From the NCBI GenBank assembly GCA_002811645.1, contig PDIP01000035.1:248001-312000 (forward strand): a stretch of 64,000 bases of DNA, given 5' to 3'. The notes under the pieces are model-generated. The model made no database searches. It saw only the letters and a program-made list of their open reading frames with translations, and was not told the origin of the DNA. This document shows positions 32,828 through 46,200 of the stretch, one piece after another. The stretch is from Corallochytrium limacisporum Hawaii (Eukaryota > Protista > Pluriformea). The translations under genes and the position numbers were made by a program. Each line of letters starts with the position of its first letter. Within the stretch, counting starts at the first letter, position 1.

Positions 32828-33650
32828 CCCCCCCCCTTTGTATCACAACGAGGAAAATCGCCCTGCCCGCCATTACTAGGGTTTCCTGGTATGGGAGACC
32901 AAGCCAACAGGAAAAACAAAGGAAAAGAAGAGAAAAGAGGGAAAAAAAAAAAGGAGCAAGGGAGACACAGAGACAACAGAGAGAACGCGAGAGAGAGAGA
33001 GAGAGAAGCACGACTCCGAACGCACCGGTCCCGTTCCTTCCCCGCGGGCCCACCCCCCCGGGGGGCCATTTCCGGAGCCAATGAAAAGGGAACCCCTGGC
33101 ATCCCTTTGTGATGAAATGAAAAAAAATGATGCGTGGGCACCCAAATTTATATAAGAAATCGGTATATATTATCATTGTCAATATATACTACTATTTAAT
33201 GATTTGTCTCAACCCATTTGTTGTTTATTTAAATCTATCCGTATATTAAAATTAGCACTTGTTTTGCCTAGTGCCGCCGACCATTACCGCAGTGGTAGTC
33301 TTCTCCGAGTCCCACCACCGCAGGTAAGGGCCACCACCAACCTCCCTTTAACCCCCCCGCCCCTTTCCCTCCTTCTCCTTTCTCCTCCTTCTCTTTGGGA
33401 CTTTTTGCATTTGTCATGCGAATTCTCCTGATGGTCCGATGCAAGACACGTTTTGGTCGTTTGCAGGGGGGAAGATTGGGTAGAGGCGGTGGTGGTGTTA
33501 GGTGTATTCGGACTCTCCCTCCCCCTTCCGGTTTGGTGGGGGTGGTGGTCTCGGTCTCTCCGTTTCTTTCTTCTTTATTCTATTCCTTGTTCCGGTTCTC
33601 TATCGCGTACGTACACAACACCTCAGTCTCTCTCTCTGTCTCTGTCTCTG

Positions 33651-33654
<4 letters not shown>

Positions 33655-33703
<49 letters not shown>
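33655..33703. repeat. (CA)n microsatellite
   Basis: Read directly from sequence. Confidence 0.95.
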
Positions 33704-33705
<2 letters not shown>

Positions 33706-34292
33706 CCTGTCTCCCCGGCGGAGGAGGAAAGGACTCCCCCCTGGCTCTCACTCGCAAGCACTTTTCGGTCTGCTCGGAAGGGGGCCGTACCACTTTTCTT
33801 CCGTCTCCCCCCCGGGCCGTGTGCCAAAGGCGAGCGAGACCGAAGGGGAGGAGGGGGGGGCCGGGGAGCGTCTGGCTTTTTCGTTTTCTACTCGGAGGTC
33901 TTCGTCTCCAGTGATTTGACTATTGGGGGTGGGGGCGGAAAAGCCCTGGCCAGCAAAACGGGAGTCCGTTATGACAAGGAAGGGCGCCACACAGAGGGCA
34001 GAGGGGGTGGGGGGGCGCGATGTGTGAGCAGGACCACATCACGGTAATCTCCACGCAGACAGTACGTGCTCGTATTTCAACCACAAGGGAGAAGGCAGAG
34101 TTGCTGATAAACTTTTCGTGCAGAGCATGAATATTTTTTTCTTTTCAAATTTGAGTCGACTCGACCGATTGGGCAGAAAAAGGAGATCTTGGGGCAAGAA
34201 AGAATTAGATTTCGTGATAGACTTTCCACAATGTAAGAGACAACACGGAAATTGCTTTCACAACCACTTAACTCTAAGGAAAATAGAAGACA

Positions 34293-35180
34293 ATGTCCGC
34301 AAATACCGCTATACCGCAGCAGCCACCAGCGCCCAGCGCTGGGCCCGAGGGATCTTCGCCAGAGGACGACCAGATTGCACACTACGTTCTCATGCTCACA
34401 CGGATTGAGGAACGTGAAACGGCATTACTGGAGCTTAGCAAAAAGAGGGAGTCAACACCGGACCTGGCTCTGATACTTTGGCATTCTTATGGAACAATGA
34501 TGGCATTGCTTCAGGAAATAACTGCCATTTATCCGTCATTGAACCCTCCCAACTTGACAGCACATGCGAGCAATCGGGCATGCAACACTCTCGCACTCCT
34601 GCAGTGCGTGGCCAGCCACCAGGATACACGATCTCTGTTCCTGAGAGCAAACATTGCTCTGTATCTGTATCCCTTTTTGAGCACAGATTCCAGCACTCGG
34701 CCGTTTGAATACCTCCGACTGACTTCGCTCGGGGTCATTGGCGCGCTGGTCAAGACCGATGACCCAGAGATTATCACTTTCCTCTTGCATACGGAGATAA
34801 TTCCCCTGTGTTTGAAGATCATGGAACATGGCACAGAATTGAGTAAAACGGTGGCCACCTTCATCGTACAGAAGATTCTTCTCGACGATAATGGTCTGCA
34901 GTACATTTGCGCCAAGTACGAGCGCTTCTTCTACGTCGTGACTGTGCTCGGCGACATGGTCGTGTCCCTGAGAGATTCGCCATCCCCGCGCCTGCTGAAG
35001 CATATTGTGCGCTGCTACCTGCGCCTTGCAGAGCACATGAAGGCAAAGGAAGCACTGCGTCATTTTTTGCCGGAACCCTTGAAGGATGGCACATTCAACG
35101 ATATGCTCAAGGACGACCCCAACACCAAGCGTTGGCTGGCGAATCTGTTGTACACTCTAGACCCCAGCAACCAACAGTGA
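34293..35180 (+). CDS. CNOT9: CCR4-NOT subunit 9 (Rcd1/Caf40)
   Basis: [71 protein letters not shown]. Confidence 0.98.
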   Translation: MSANTAIPQQPPAPSAGPEGSSPEDDQIAHYVLMLTRIEERETALLELSKKRESTPDLALILWHSYGTMMALLQEITAIYPSLNPPNLTAHASNRACNTLALLQCVASHQDTRSLFLRANIALYLYPFLSTDSSTRPFEYLRLTSLGVIGALVKTDDPEIITFLLHTEIIPLCLKIMEHGTELSKTVATFIVQKILLDDNGLQYICAKYERFFYVVTVLGDMVVSLRDSPSPRLLKHIVRCYLRLAEHMKAKEALRHFLPEPLKDGTFNDMLKDDPNTKRWLANLLYTLDPSNQQ

Positions 35181-35524
35181 TACGGAATCAGGTCGTACAC
35201 TAAAGCATAGTCCTGTCCGTTTGACAATTTACTTACGCACCATCCATCATCTCCTTCAAGAACTTTCCATCTTAGTCGTTTTGCTTGAACACTGGTTTAC
35301 AAGCGATGTCCTTTTTAACATTCCATCATTGCAGTAGTGAATAAAGGCCCACACACAATCGGGTTCTGAACTAACACTTATTTTTATGATCCAACAAGAT
35401 GAAAACGTTTATGTTATGTACTATGGCATGTCAAGAAAATTATGTTGATGTGGTATGTGATGGTGAACGAAAAACTAAACCAAAAAGATAAAGAGGCGTG
35501 ACACTCAATAGTGTCAAAGGGTGA

Positions 35525-35539
35525 GCGCGCAAGCGCGCG

Positions 35540-35574
<35 letters not shown>
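35525..35574. repeat. (GC)n/(TG)n alternating purine-pyrimidine tract
   Basis: gcgcgcaagcgcgcgca followed by (tg)n, lying between the convergent CNOT9 and cyclin 3' ends. Confidence 0.9.
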
Positions 35575-35577
<3 letters not shown>

Positions 35578-35593
35578 GCAACAGCCATGTGAT

Positions 35594-36985
35594 TCAAGCT
35601 ACACGAGCACCGTGGGCCATGGGTACTCCGATTCCGCTGTTGTGTGCGGTGGACTGACGACGGGTGTGCAGATGAACCATGAGACCAGCAACATCGACGG
35701 GGTCAACGTCCAGGGTCATGCAAAGGTGATCGGTAACATCCTTAACCACCGCTTCCTTGTCACAAGGGACCAACAACTCCGCCAAACTGCGGACGTATAG
35801 GGCAACGCCCAGTTCAACAACCGGGGCGTTGGCAATGATGTGATCTTCCATGCTGCGCAGGAGTATCTGCTCAGCGTACCGGGCAATGCCTTTGATGGGA
35901 TCCTTACGGAGCATACCGTTGCCGAGAGTGGGTGCGTAAGTCTCAGCCATGGACCAGACAAAGTCCACAGGTGACGCAATGTGCACATCCCAGTCGAGAG
36001 CCTTGATCATATTCAGTTCGTGCTCCCTGAAGGAATCGGCGCAGATGCGAGGATAGAAACCACGAAGCTCCCGGAGGACATTGGTGAGAGTGGGGATGCT
36101 GTTCCAGTTCTCGGCGCATTTGAGCGCAATGTAGAACGCGCAGCAAGCCTCCAGCTCGAGCTTCTGCTGCGGCAGCACCTGGGCACTGCCAAAATGCAGA
36201 GCCCGCAGGCTAGCGAGACGCAGCAAAAGAATGAGCGAGCTTGAGTTGACCTCGGGACGGTCTGTGAACCGTCGGAAGATAAAGGCAGCCCGCTGATGCT
36301 CCAGCATGATCTGACGGAGCACGGGGAGGCTCAGCTCAGCATCGGGGTTGTTGTACCACTGCTGGCGGCGCTCCTTCAGCAGCTTCATCTTCAGACGGTC
36401 CAATTGGACAGGATCAATCTCGATCCACTCAGCAGGAGTCTGTGGTGACGACGACGTCGACGAGGCCACTGTGCCCTCACTGTCACCCTCAGCCATGGGC
36501 GAGGGGGACCGGGGCGTGGACTCCGTCTCAGAGTCAGATAGAACCATGTCTTCCACGTCCCGCGCGGTGTCCATGGGCTGGTACTGTTCTGTAGCTTCAG
36601 GAGTTTTCTCCTCTTGTGCAACATCGTGGTGATCCTGGGTAGACGCTCCAAAGAAGAACTGGCTAAAACCCTTGAAGATCTGGCTGATGCGTTTGCTTCC
36701 CCGGCGGGTTCCTGCTCCATTCTCGCTCTGCTGCATACTGTCCATGCTAACTGTCGATGTGGTGGAAACTACGCTGTAACGATTGGTCATTGCGTGAAGG
36801 CTGTGATGGCCACCGCTGCTGCCGCCACCGACCGAGCTTGTCATGCTCACTGTCTCATCGCTGTCCATGCGGGTAACCACCCGGAGGCTGGGTAGCTGTT
36901 CCTCGTTGCTTCCATCCGCTCGCTGCTTCTTTACAACAGGCATTTCTGTATAGCAGGCGTTGCTAACGTTCCGAGAGCGTCGCAT
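35594..36985 (-). CDS. Divergent cyclin-family protein
   Basis: Cyclin box: KLELEACCAFYIALKCAE..PT, EHELNMIKALDWDVHIASPVDFV. Long disordered Ser-rich N-terminus. Confidence 0.8.
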   Translation of the reverse strand: MRRSRNVSNACYTEMPVVKKQRADGSNEEQLPSLRVVTRMDSDETVSMTSSVGGGSSGGHHSLHAMTNRYSVVSTTSTVSMDSMQQSENGAGTRRGSKRISQIFKGFSQFFFGASTQDHHDVAQEEKTPEATEQYQPMDTARDVEDMVLSDSETESTPRSPSPMAEGDSEGTVASSTSSSPQTPAEWIEIDPVQLDRLKMKLLKERRQQWYNNPDAELSLPVLRQIMLEHQRAAFIFRRFTDRPEVNSSSLILLLRLASLRALHFGSAQVLPQQKLELEACCAFYIALKCAENWNSIPTLTNVLRELRGFYPRICADSFREHELNMIKALDWDVHIASPVDFVWSMAETYAPTLGNGMLRKDPIKGIARYAEQILLRSMEDHIIANAPVVELGVALYVRSLAELLVPCDKEAVVKDVTDHLCMTLDVDPVDVAGLMVHLHTRRQSTAHNSGIGVPMAHGARVA

Positions 36986-37672
36986 GGTAATGTGTTACTT
37001 CTCTATGTGTTACAAATTTACAAAACACGCAAACTACGCAGGAGTTGAGACCTGCGATATTCTGCTACCTTGTTCAGCCTACTTGGGTTGTCTCTCTAAG
37101 ACCATGTGCGTAACCCAAGGTATATGGCACTTGATATCTCTCTACGGTCTGTTGTGAGATCCTGGACCGCGATTCCTTTTCTACTACTAACAAAAGGAAA
37201 TGCAGACATCCTATGCCCTACGACACTGTGGTGGGCAGACCAAAGTACATGGGGGTAAACATGAGATCTCAACTACCTTGCAATGGACGATGCATTTGAA
37301 ACAACACCAAGCATACGGTCCGTACTAGATAATCCGACGGTGTCATCATCAATACGGATTCATCTCTTGCGTTACTAGAGACCTTGAGTTCTGTTTCCTA
37401 AGGAACCTCTGTCCCATTCCATTGGCGCCATATGGCGAATTCCTCTGTTCCTGCCACGGGTCACCTTAAAACACAAAGAACGAGGGACCACAGCGTGAGG
37501 GCTCCCCCCCCCCGCGGGGGGCCACACTGCGCAGATGGGAAAAAGTAGAAAGCAAGGGAAAGAAATGGGCCTTACACTAAGTATGGGGAATGGCGAGGAA
37601 GGGGGGGAGGGTGAATGGGGAAGAGGAGGGAGAAAAAAAGGAGGGGGAGCCGGCCGCACTCCCCTCCCCCCC

Positions 37673-38189
37673 NNNNNNNNNNNNNNNNNNNNNNNNNNNN
37701 NNNNNNNNNNNNNNNNNNNNNNNNNNNNNNNNNNNNNNNNNNNNNNNNNNNNNNNNNNNNNNNNNNNNNNNNNNNNNNNNNNNNNNNNNNNNNNNNNNNN
37801 NNNNNNNNNNNNNNNNNNNNNNNNNNNNNNNNNNNNNNNNNNNNNNNNNNNNNNNNNNNNNNNNNNNNNNNNNNNNNNNNNNNNNNNNNNNNNNNNNNNN
37901 NNNNNNNNNNNNNNNNNNNNNNNNNNNNNNNNNNNNNNNNNNNNNNNNNNNNNNNNNNNNNNNNNNNNNNNNNNNNNNNNNNNNNNNNNNNNNNNNNNNN
38001 NNNNNNNNNNNNNNNNNNNNNNNNNNNNNNNNNNNNNNNNNNNNNNNNNNNNNNNNNNNNNNNNNNNNNNNNNNNNNNNNNNNNNNNNNNNNNNNNNNNN
38101 NNNNNNNNNNNNNNNNNNNNNNNNNNNNNNNNNNNNNNNNNNNNNNNNNNNNNNNNNNNNNNNNNNNNNNNNNNNNNNNNNNNNNNNNN
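37673..38189. other. Assembly gap (N) between poly-C and poly-G
   Basis: Run of n. Confidence 0.99.
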
Positions 38190-39990
38190 GGGAGGGGGGG
38201 AGGGGGGGAGGGAGGCAGCGGTTTGGGTTGTATGCAAACTCTCCCCCCTTTTTTTCTTGTTCCTTCTGGTCTCCCGTTGTCAGCTTTTTGTTTTCTTGCC
38301 CTTTACTTATTGCTTTGTGGGGGTCCCTTGGATATCCATGAACGGAGTACCGGGACCCGTAACCATTTTTCATCTCTCGCTCACTCACTCTCTCTCTCTC
38401 TCTCTCATCGTGTCTCAGTTCGTTTGCCGTTGTTCTTTCCTTGCCTTTCTCCGGTATCTGCCGTGCCACGGAGCCGCAAGGAACAGAGGGAAAAGAGTCA
38501 GAAAGAACTAAAGAAAGATAAGAAAAAAAAGAAAAGAAAAAACACTGACACAGCGTCCGAGGGGTAAGAAAGGAGGGCTCTCTCACTGTTCTCTGTTTAT
38601 TGTGACGACGGCCCTGTAACTACCCAGCGCAGGACGACGAAAGGAAAAAGAGGGGAGAGGGGGGCCAGTCAGTCTCACAGCCTGACCCCTGAGCAGACAA
38701 GAAGCGACGACACATTCAACAACACCGATCCCCCCCTTCCCCGCCCGGAGGGGGAGAGGGGGGGGGGCCTTCGCCCTCTGCTACCAAATTGGAAACTTTC
38801 TCTGCGTGGTTCTTTGGGCATACAAAATCGCACCCCCCCCACAGCTCCAAACTTCTCCGTTTTCTAATATTTCCAGCGCACGCGGTTCTCACCCAGAGAG
38901 TAGTAGAACACCAATTTCTTCATGAGTTTCACCGTTAGGGGAATCTTCATTAGGGGGCCCAATCTTTGCGAGGAAATCATTATATCTATTCATTATATAT
39001 GAAACCCCCGTACCCTTGTCTGCAGACCCGCCGACAAATATTGAGCAGGGAGAACAATAAAATTCTTCACACCCGAAGTGCAGGCCGCCGATTCATGGTA
39101 GCAGCTACAAGCGCAGAAATACATTCATCATTTTGTGCCATATAATCACTACCGAAAATAGCTATATCCCGTGTGCGCAGCGGCGGGTACCCATCTTCAC
39201 ATGACGCACACATTACACAAGGTCCACACAGACATTTCCCCTGAACACACTCTTCAATATTTATAGTGAATTCATTGTAATTTAACGCACACAGCACACC
39301 ATAGTCGGATCTCCACCCCCTCCTCACATCCCCTACCCGCTCCCTCCCACATTTTACGCTGGAGTCATCGGGTAGTGTGTTCCGTTTTGCAACGTCTCTA
39401 CCACGAGCTCTTGGCCATTTAATATTGCAATGACATTGGGACTTTGGGAATGTGTGCAAATTAGCGGCAATATTGTCTACAGCAATTACATACTATTTAA
39501 GAAGGGAGGGGAAGGTTGGGAGGTTCAAGAAAGAAAGAAGGATCCGCCCATAACACCGTGACTCCCTCTCCCTTCGGTTCCATCCCTGTCCCTCTGTGTG
39601 TGTCTCTCTCACTGTCTGTGTGTGTGTGTTGTGTGTGTTGTGTGTGTGTCTCTCTCTCTCTCTCTTTCCCTGTGTCTCAGTGTTTGTCTGTAGCGCGCTC
39701 CGACTCCGTCTCCCGAGCTCTGGGCGTGTCGTTTACACAGAAAAACCTCGGGTCTGGCATCCGCCCAACCGCCCAAACTGCGTAGAGGGGCCAGATACCT
39801 TCCCCGCTGCTACCTGGTCTTAGCTCACCGCGACGTGAATACCTAAACAGTAGGATCCCAAAAAGAATGCGAAGAAGCTTTGGGTCAAAACCCACTGTGC
39901 TGACATTTGCGGAAATTATGCCACTCAAATTCGAAACATTCGACGTGCACAAGGTTCCATCAAAAAAAAAAAAAGAAAAGAAAAAAAAGA

Positions 39991-40017
39991 ACGACGACGA
40001 CGACGACGACGACGACG
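39991..40017. repeat. (ACG)n trinucleotide repeat after an A-rich tract
   Basis: Read directly from sequence. Confidence 0.9.
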
Positions 40018-40840
40018 GCATTCTGTGCCACTTGTTTCGTCAATGCGCCACTTTTTCTCCGTAGCAATCTTCCTTCTGCTCCCGTGGCCGAAACTCACCT
40101 ACCTTCCCTTCCCTTCCCTACCGGCTCCCCTGGGGGGAGAGAGGACTCCTTCCTTGCTATTTTTCTTTGTTTCTCTTCGCTTCTGTTTCTTTCTCAATTC
40201 TCTCTTTTGGCCGGCTCCTTCCATACACAATATTGCCGCTTGGTCTTGGTAACTTTTTTTGAGCTCTAAGGTTCTGGTGGTACTGAAACCGCTTTGGGGA
40301 AAAGAGAGGGCCGCAGCGAATCTGTCCACGAACGTCGGTCCCCATTTCTTTTCTCATGTCCTTTTTGTTTCTTTTATGTTTCCATTTCCTTTTATTCCTT
40401 TATTTCTCCAGGCTGGCTTGGGGGAGGATCGGCGATCTTTTGTTTCTCCTCCGTGGGCTTCGGGGATATTTTGGTTTTAAGAGAGGTGCCCGCGTGCTTG
40501 CTGCGTTGGACAGCGTCGATTGGGCGTCTGGTGACACTGCGTTGCGCTGCGATAACGTTCGTCGGGACACAACAACCGCACACCAAGCACGCATTCGGAG
40601 CACACGGGCAGGTTTTGTTTACGGTTTAGTTTTGCTTCGAAAACACAAACACACAAAACACAAAGGCGGCTGCGTACTGTTTATGGTGTGCAGTTTGGTG
40701 CATGGCAGAGCGTCCACAGAGATTTTTTACACTCTTGTCATTCATTTTTTTCTGTTGTGATTTTTAATCCATATATATATATATATTGAATGTGTGCCTT
40801 TTCTCTGTGTTGAGTCATATTTGCGTATCGCCCGGGAGGG

Positions 40841-40843
<3 letters not shown>

Positions 40844-40891
<48 letters not shown>
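40844..40891. repeat. (CT)n microsatellite
   Basis: Read directly from sequence. Confidence 0.95.
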
Positions 40892-40894
<3 letters not shown>

Positions 40895-43014
40895 TCTCTC
40901 AGCGGACAGCACGAAATGTATCTGCTGACGGTTTTCATGCGCACCTCCCCGCCCCCATCTCCCGACCTAACCCCCCTCCGCCTGGGATTTCTGGAGTACT
41001 CACATCAAAGAAAAAAAAAGAGAGTGACACGGGACACAGGCACACGGTTTGCAAGGTGGAACACTGAATGTCAGCAACACACCAGACTGCGGCCGGCGAA
41101 CAACGCTTTTCTACCACTCACTCACTCACACTGTCTTCTTTGCCTTTTTCTTGATGAATGTGCTTTTGTTACTGTAACGACTCTGTGTACCTTCTGTTGT
41201 TCCTTTCGGTTCTTGGACCTTTGCTGCTTGCCCTCCCCTCCCCCTCTGTGGGGATCCTGCTTCAGTACTGAAACAATCGACAATTCTCTACATCTGCTTA
41301 TGGCTATGGTGAAGCAGAAAAAAATAAACAAAGGAAGCCAGATTTATGGCACATTGCTTCCACGGTTCAGGCAATGTTCCGACATTTTTTTCTATAGCCC
41401 TTGGAACCCTCCCTCCCGCCCTTTCAGACGGAAGCAGGATTTTTGGCTTGCGTTGTCCTTTTTCCATAGTCAGAAAGGATTACCTTTTTTTTTAATTTTG
41501 TGATGAGAGCAGAATAATTATGGAGAAGAGATCAATTCAGAATGCGGATGAGATGGATCAAAACGTCCGGTGTTCTTTGAAACCGTTGCGTGCGCTGACT
41601 TTACCGTTTTCTTAAGGCACCCCGTGCAAATCGTCAGCTCTCTCCCGGCCCATCTCTCTGCCACGTATATAGTATACATAAACACCGCTCCCACAATTTT
41701 TTTCTTCATTTGCTTGCAGCAACTGCGTAGCATTTCTTGCTCACCGTCGTGTCCTCATGAAAGCCTGATTTTGGTTTTTTGTGTCAGGTTTCACCGGTTG
41801 TGCTCAGCTGGATTTCCCGGGCAGTGCTACTCTTCACTTCGGCCCTGACCAAAAGAAGAAACTTTCCTGCTCAGAAACAAAAAGTACAAAATTGAAGAAA
41901 AAAAAAGGATAAAGAGAAAAGAGAAAAGCGAGAGAGAGAGAGAGAGTATGGTTTTCTTTTGAAAAGGTAAAAGACCTGGATCAGAAAAGAGATCATGTAT
42001 TGAGTATATACGGAAGAAGGCAAGAGTTGGGCACAGGCACATGATCAATCGTCAATTGAACACACCCCCAACGTCAGAACCCACGGACCTTGTCCCGCGA
42101 AGGTCGCCCATGCCTGGTTTCCCTCCGGGTGGACAATCTTTTGGCGTGTGCGCGACGGAGAGAGTGATTCCCCAGAGCGAAAATAGTCGTAGCACTAGTA
42201 CTGAGTGGTGGAGGTCTGTGTTGCTGGGGTTTGCGAGCAGACGTATGCGGTCGTTGTCGTCCAAAATCGGAGTGCAAGCCCCTCTCCGCACCGGCAACTA
42301 TGGCATTCAATCTAAACGGCAAAAGAGTAAGAGAGCCATTGAACCACAACAATAGCATGCGATTGCGCGAGAGCCGTTACTTCTGGTCAGAGTATTTTGT
42401 ACCTCTTTCTACTTCCTCACGAAGCCACTCCCTAATGTCGATCCATCATCGCCTTCTTAATTGCTGCACGCAGCGGTTGTAGACATGTGGGTGGGTAAAA
42501 AGCGGTCGCATCCCTCGCCTGTTTGACATCTGCGAAGAGAGTAGAGAGTGCACACTGTACATGTACCAGCACCATTCTACATGGCTCAACGTCTCCTGTA
42601 CCATGTGCCATTGCTGGGGAAGGCATAAAAGAGAACATATCATGCCCGCATACTTTCAAAGTGTTTCATTCAAAACACCAAGTGCTTTCAGTTTCATCAC
42701 TATTTAATATTGCTGCGAGACCCCTATGATCATGAACCCACCTTGGCACTGCTAATTTGTTGTATCTACTGAGAGAATTGTAAACTCATGCTACTGTACC
42801 ACCTGTTGTACTACCATCCAATCGGGATTCGGTTTCAGGGGCCGGTGCGCATATGGCACCCTCGTCTTCCGCCATGTATGCGATGCCGATGGCCAAAACA
42901 CACAACAATTAACCCGACCCTCCTCCCCTCCCGCCCTCCTCCTCCTGCCCACGCGAAGCACGGGAAAAAGGTAATAACATGCCACACGGCGAGTACGGAC
43001 AAGGCATCAATTGG

Positions 43015-43240
43015 NNNNNNNNNNNNNNNNNNNNNNNNNNNNNNNNNNNNNNNNNNNNNNNNNNNNNNNNNNNNNNNNNNNNNNNNNNNNNNNNNNNNNN
43101 NNNNNNNNNNNNNNNNNNNNNNNNNNNNNNNNNNNNNNNNNNNNNNNNNNNNNNNNNNNNNNNNNNNNNNNNNNNNNNNNNNNNNNNNNNNNNNNNNNNN
43201 NNNNNNNNNNNNNNNNNNNNNNNNNNNNNNNNNNNNNNNN
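43015..43240. other. Assembly gap (N)
   Basis: Run of n. Confidence 0.99.
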
Positions 43241-46200
43241 GGGGGCCGCAAATTCCTGTACACTTTGACCCGTTCCACCCGGGATTTTTTGTTTTTTTGT
43301 TTGAGCATAAATCGAAGCACCTAAGGGTCCAAGTTCACACAGAAGCATCTTTCGGTATTCAAAACGTTTGTGTTCCTCGCACATGGCCCATCTGCACACC
43401 CCATAGGCAATGCTGAAGAAATTTAGCAAACGCAGACCAATTCTTAATTAACAGGGATGACACTGGGACATGAATGGTCCCACACGTACCTACACATCCC
43501 CAAGGTCGCAAGTGTAGCGGACGACCTCAGTCACACGACGACATCGTAGGCATTTCTTTTGGGGATAGTCATTCGTGTTCCTCCGAACAAATGCAACAGG
43601 TGGCTGGAATTCCATTGATCAATTCGCTTACGTTTTGTCGACAGACAGTTCACCACCATGGCGGCGGGGTCGAGGGCAGTGGCATCCAGCACCAGCGGTG
43701 ATGTAGGGGGTGGGTAAGTGAGTGTGCCTGTGAATGTCCGTGTGTTGTGCCTCTGCGTATAAGGACGAGAGCAAGGCCACTACTGCTGCGACCCGCTCTG
43801 CTCAAACAGACAGTGAGTGGGCGGGTGTGGAAACAATCCGCCGTGTCTTACTTACCTGTACTGGTAAGCATCACACATGTCCATAACTTTGTAGCACAAT
43901 GACTGCAAAATGTCGCGGGGTCCCCAGTTCTTCTTCCTTCGTTCCACTCTCTGTAAAAGGCAGGGTTATCCGAGAATTGTAAACAGTGGCCCTGACCTCG
44001 ATGATAAATAGGTACTGGCCCGGTCGGGGATCGGAGAATTTTGGACTTGCCCTTTCTATAGAAAATGGCCCAGATAAATTGATCAGGCGGCGTAGAAGTA
44101 GGAAGGGACAGACAAGTTGCCGTCAGAGACCAGACATCGACGGGGCAGCCACCAAGTCTGGACCGTCCCATGTTCATTCCAAATATCATCGACTCTTTAC
44201 AACCAGTGAATGTGATGTACATCATCTATGACCACATTCAACAGCCAACACTCCGGAGCCATTCTCCAGTCAGGCATCATGCGAACATGGTCATTATGCC
44301 CTGGTACGACCTTCTTTAAACATCAAAACTGAGCAAATGTGTTCAGGACCAACACCACCATTAACGCTGCCTTTCTTGACATCACTTTCTATGCCGATGC
44401 CACCACCACCAGGAGTATTGGTTTACTATGAATTCATGACGCAGTTGAGAGTCACCCATGTGCATGTTGGTGGATGCAAACTGAGGGAGATCCACGGACC
44501 GGAATGCAGCGTTAGTAAGCTTTACTCCGTCAGCAGCAGTGATTGCAACAGACCGCATGGCGGCAGACCCGAAGAACCGAAGTCTCCAGGTTGCGTCAGG
44601 ATCTCAAGATAACAACCCGCACAAGTTCCATATATTTTGTATAGAACGCTGCGACAAACCAAGACAAGCCCGGAAACTGAGGAGGAGTAATACGGGTGCC
44701 GTATCATCAACATCTCAAGCGTGTGTGCTTAATCCGTTCCGTCCGACTCAGACACACTTTGACACACACACACACACAGAGAGCACACACAGCACCGCCC
44801 GGCGCACACGCGTGGGGGCGGTAATTCCTTTCTGTTCTCCCGTATCATTTTCTCATAATGCCGCTATGACCAACCACCACCACTCCTTGCGGGATGGGTA
44901 TGGGTGGTACAGTGACACGGTGTTTGGGGTATATACGTATGACACCAACACACCCGAGGTTTTGGGGGAGGGAGGGAGGGACCCGTGTGCACCTCTCCTG
45001 TGTATTTCGTCTCCTTAGGCCCTTCCTGGGCTTGGGCACCCCGGGTTTTTCTCCTAGCCGATTCTCTCTTCTCTATTTTTTTGCCGCCCCCCCCCCCACC
45101 TTCCCTCCCTTATTGAAATATCTCCTAATTTTTTTTGTGTGGGGTATTTCTTTTCTTGTTTCGTTTTGGTTTTTCCGGTAATGGGCAGTGTCATTTTCTG
45201 GCGTGCGTGTGTGCTTGCGCGGAAGCACGGGCCGGCAGCAATGGACAAAGGGGCCTTGGTTTTGTCCTTTTTTTTTTCTATTTTGCCTCTTGGCTTATTG
45301 ATTAACTGTCGGTGCACATACACACACACCGATAACATCCCTGTTTGGCAAAAAAGAAAAAAGACCGGGACAGTACGTATTTCGTCGAAGTAGTCAATGT
45401 TGTAGCATTTGTATCAATTTCATCCTTTCATCTTCGTCGTCCACCACCAATATATATTTTTTTTGGGGGGGGGGGCCAGGGGGGAGATTTTTTTCCCTTA
45501 AAATGCAAGGGACACAAACAATTCTTGCGAGAGCATTCCTGGAGCTATTAAAACTGTTCAGGAGGGGGGGTGTGGAAAATTTCCTTTCCTCCTTTTTATC
45601 ATTCTTCATTCCCGCGTAAGTACTACTGTACCGATTGTTTTGGGTATCAGAGTTGCCTAGACGAGACGGGTCTGGGGATGAGTTTGACGAAAATCCGATG
45701 AATACGCAAGGTAAGGTGTCCTCTTCAGGTAACACAGAAAACAACAAAGAGAGATTGAAAGGACGGTGATAGTTGGTAGAAAGAGAGGAGGAAAAGAGGG
45801 AGGGGAGGAGGGCGCGATTTGATTGAGCAAAAGGGGTTTAATTTTTGGCCGTTCATAAACCAAACCACTCCCAATGAACACACATCACCACCACCAACCC
45901 CCGCCCCCCCCACCTCTGCCTTTTTATATCCGACGAGGTGCCCTTTTCTCTTGCGGATCCACGCGATCTCGTTCTCCCAAAAAAAAAAATAACAAATGAG
46001 AGATAAACGGAAGACTCCGTAGAGCAGCAAACGCAAGGTGAACCCCCCCCTCCACCATTTCAAAAACTTCTGACCTCTTGCGCCGGGTTCTGAGTAATTC
46101 CCAGCACACCTCTTACGATGACAACACCGCCTTCTCCGTACTGAATGTACTAAATGTACCCTGCCGGAAAGGAGGAAGGAGAGTTGGAAAATCTTGTGTC

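Noticed and set aside
37375-38586. Long ORFs spanning N gaps and microsatellites
   Set aside because: Artefacts of X runs and low-complexity sequence.
43849-43860. TACTTACCTG resembling the U1 snRNA 5' end
   Set aside because: Downstream sequence lacks the U1 loops and Sm site. More simply a minus-strand splice-donor-like sequence or chance.
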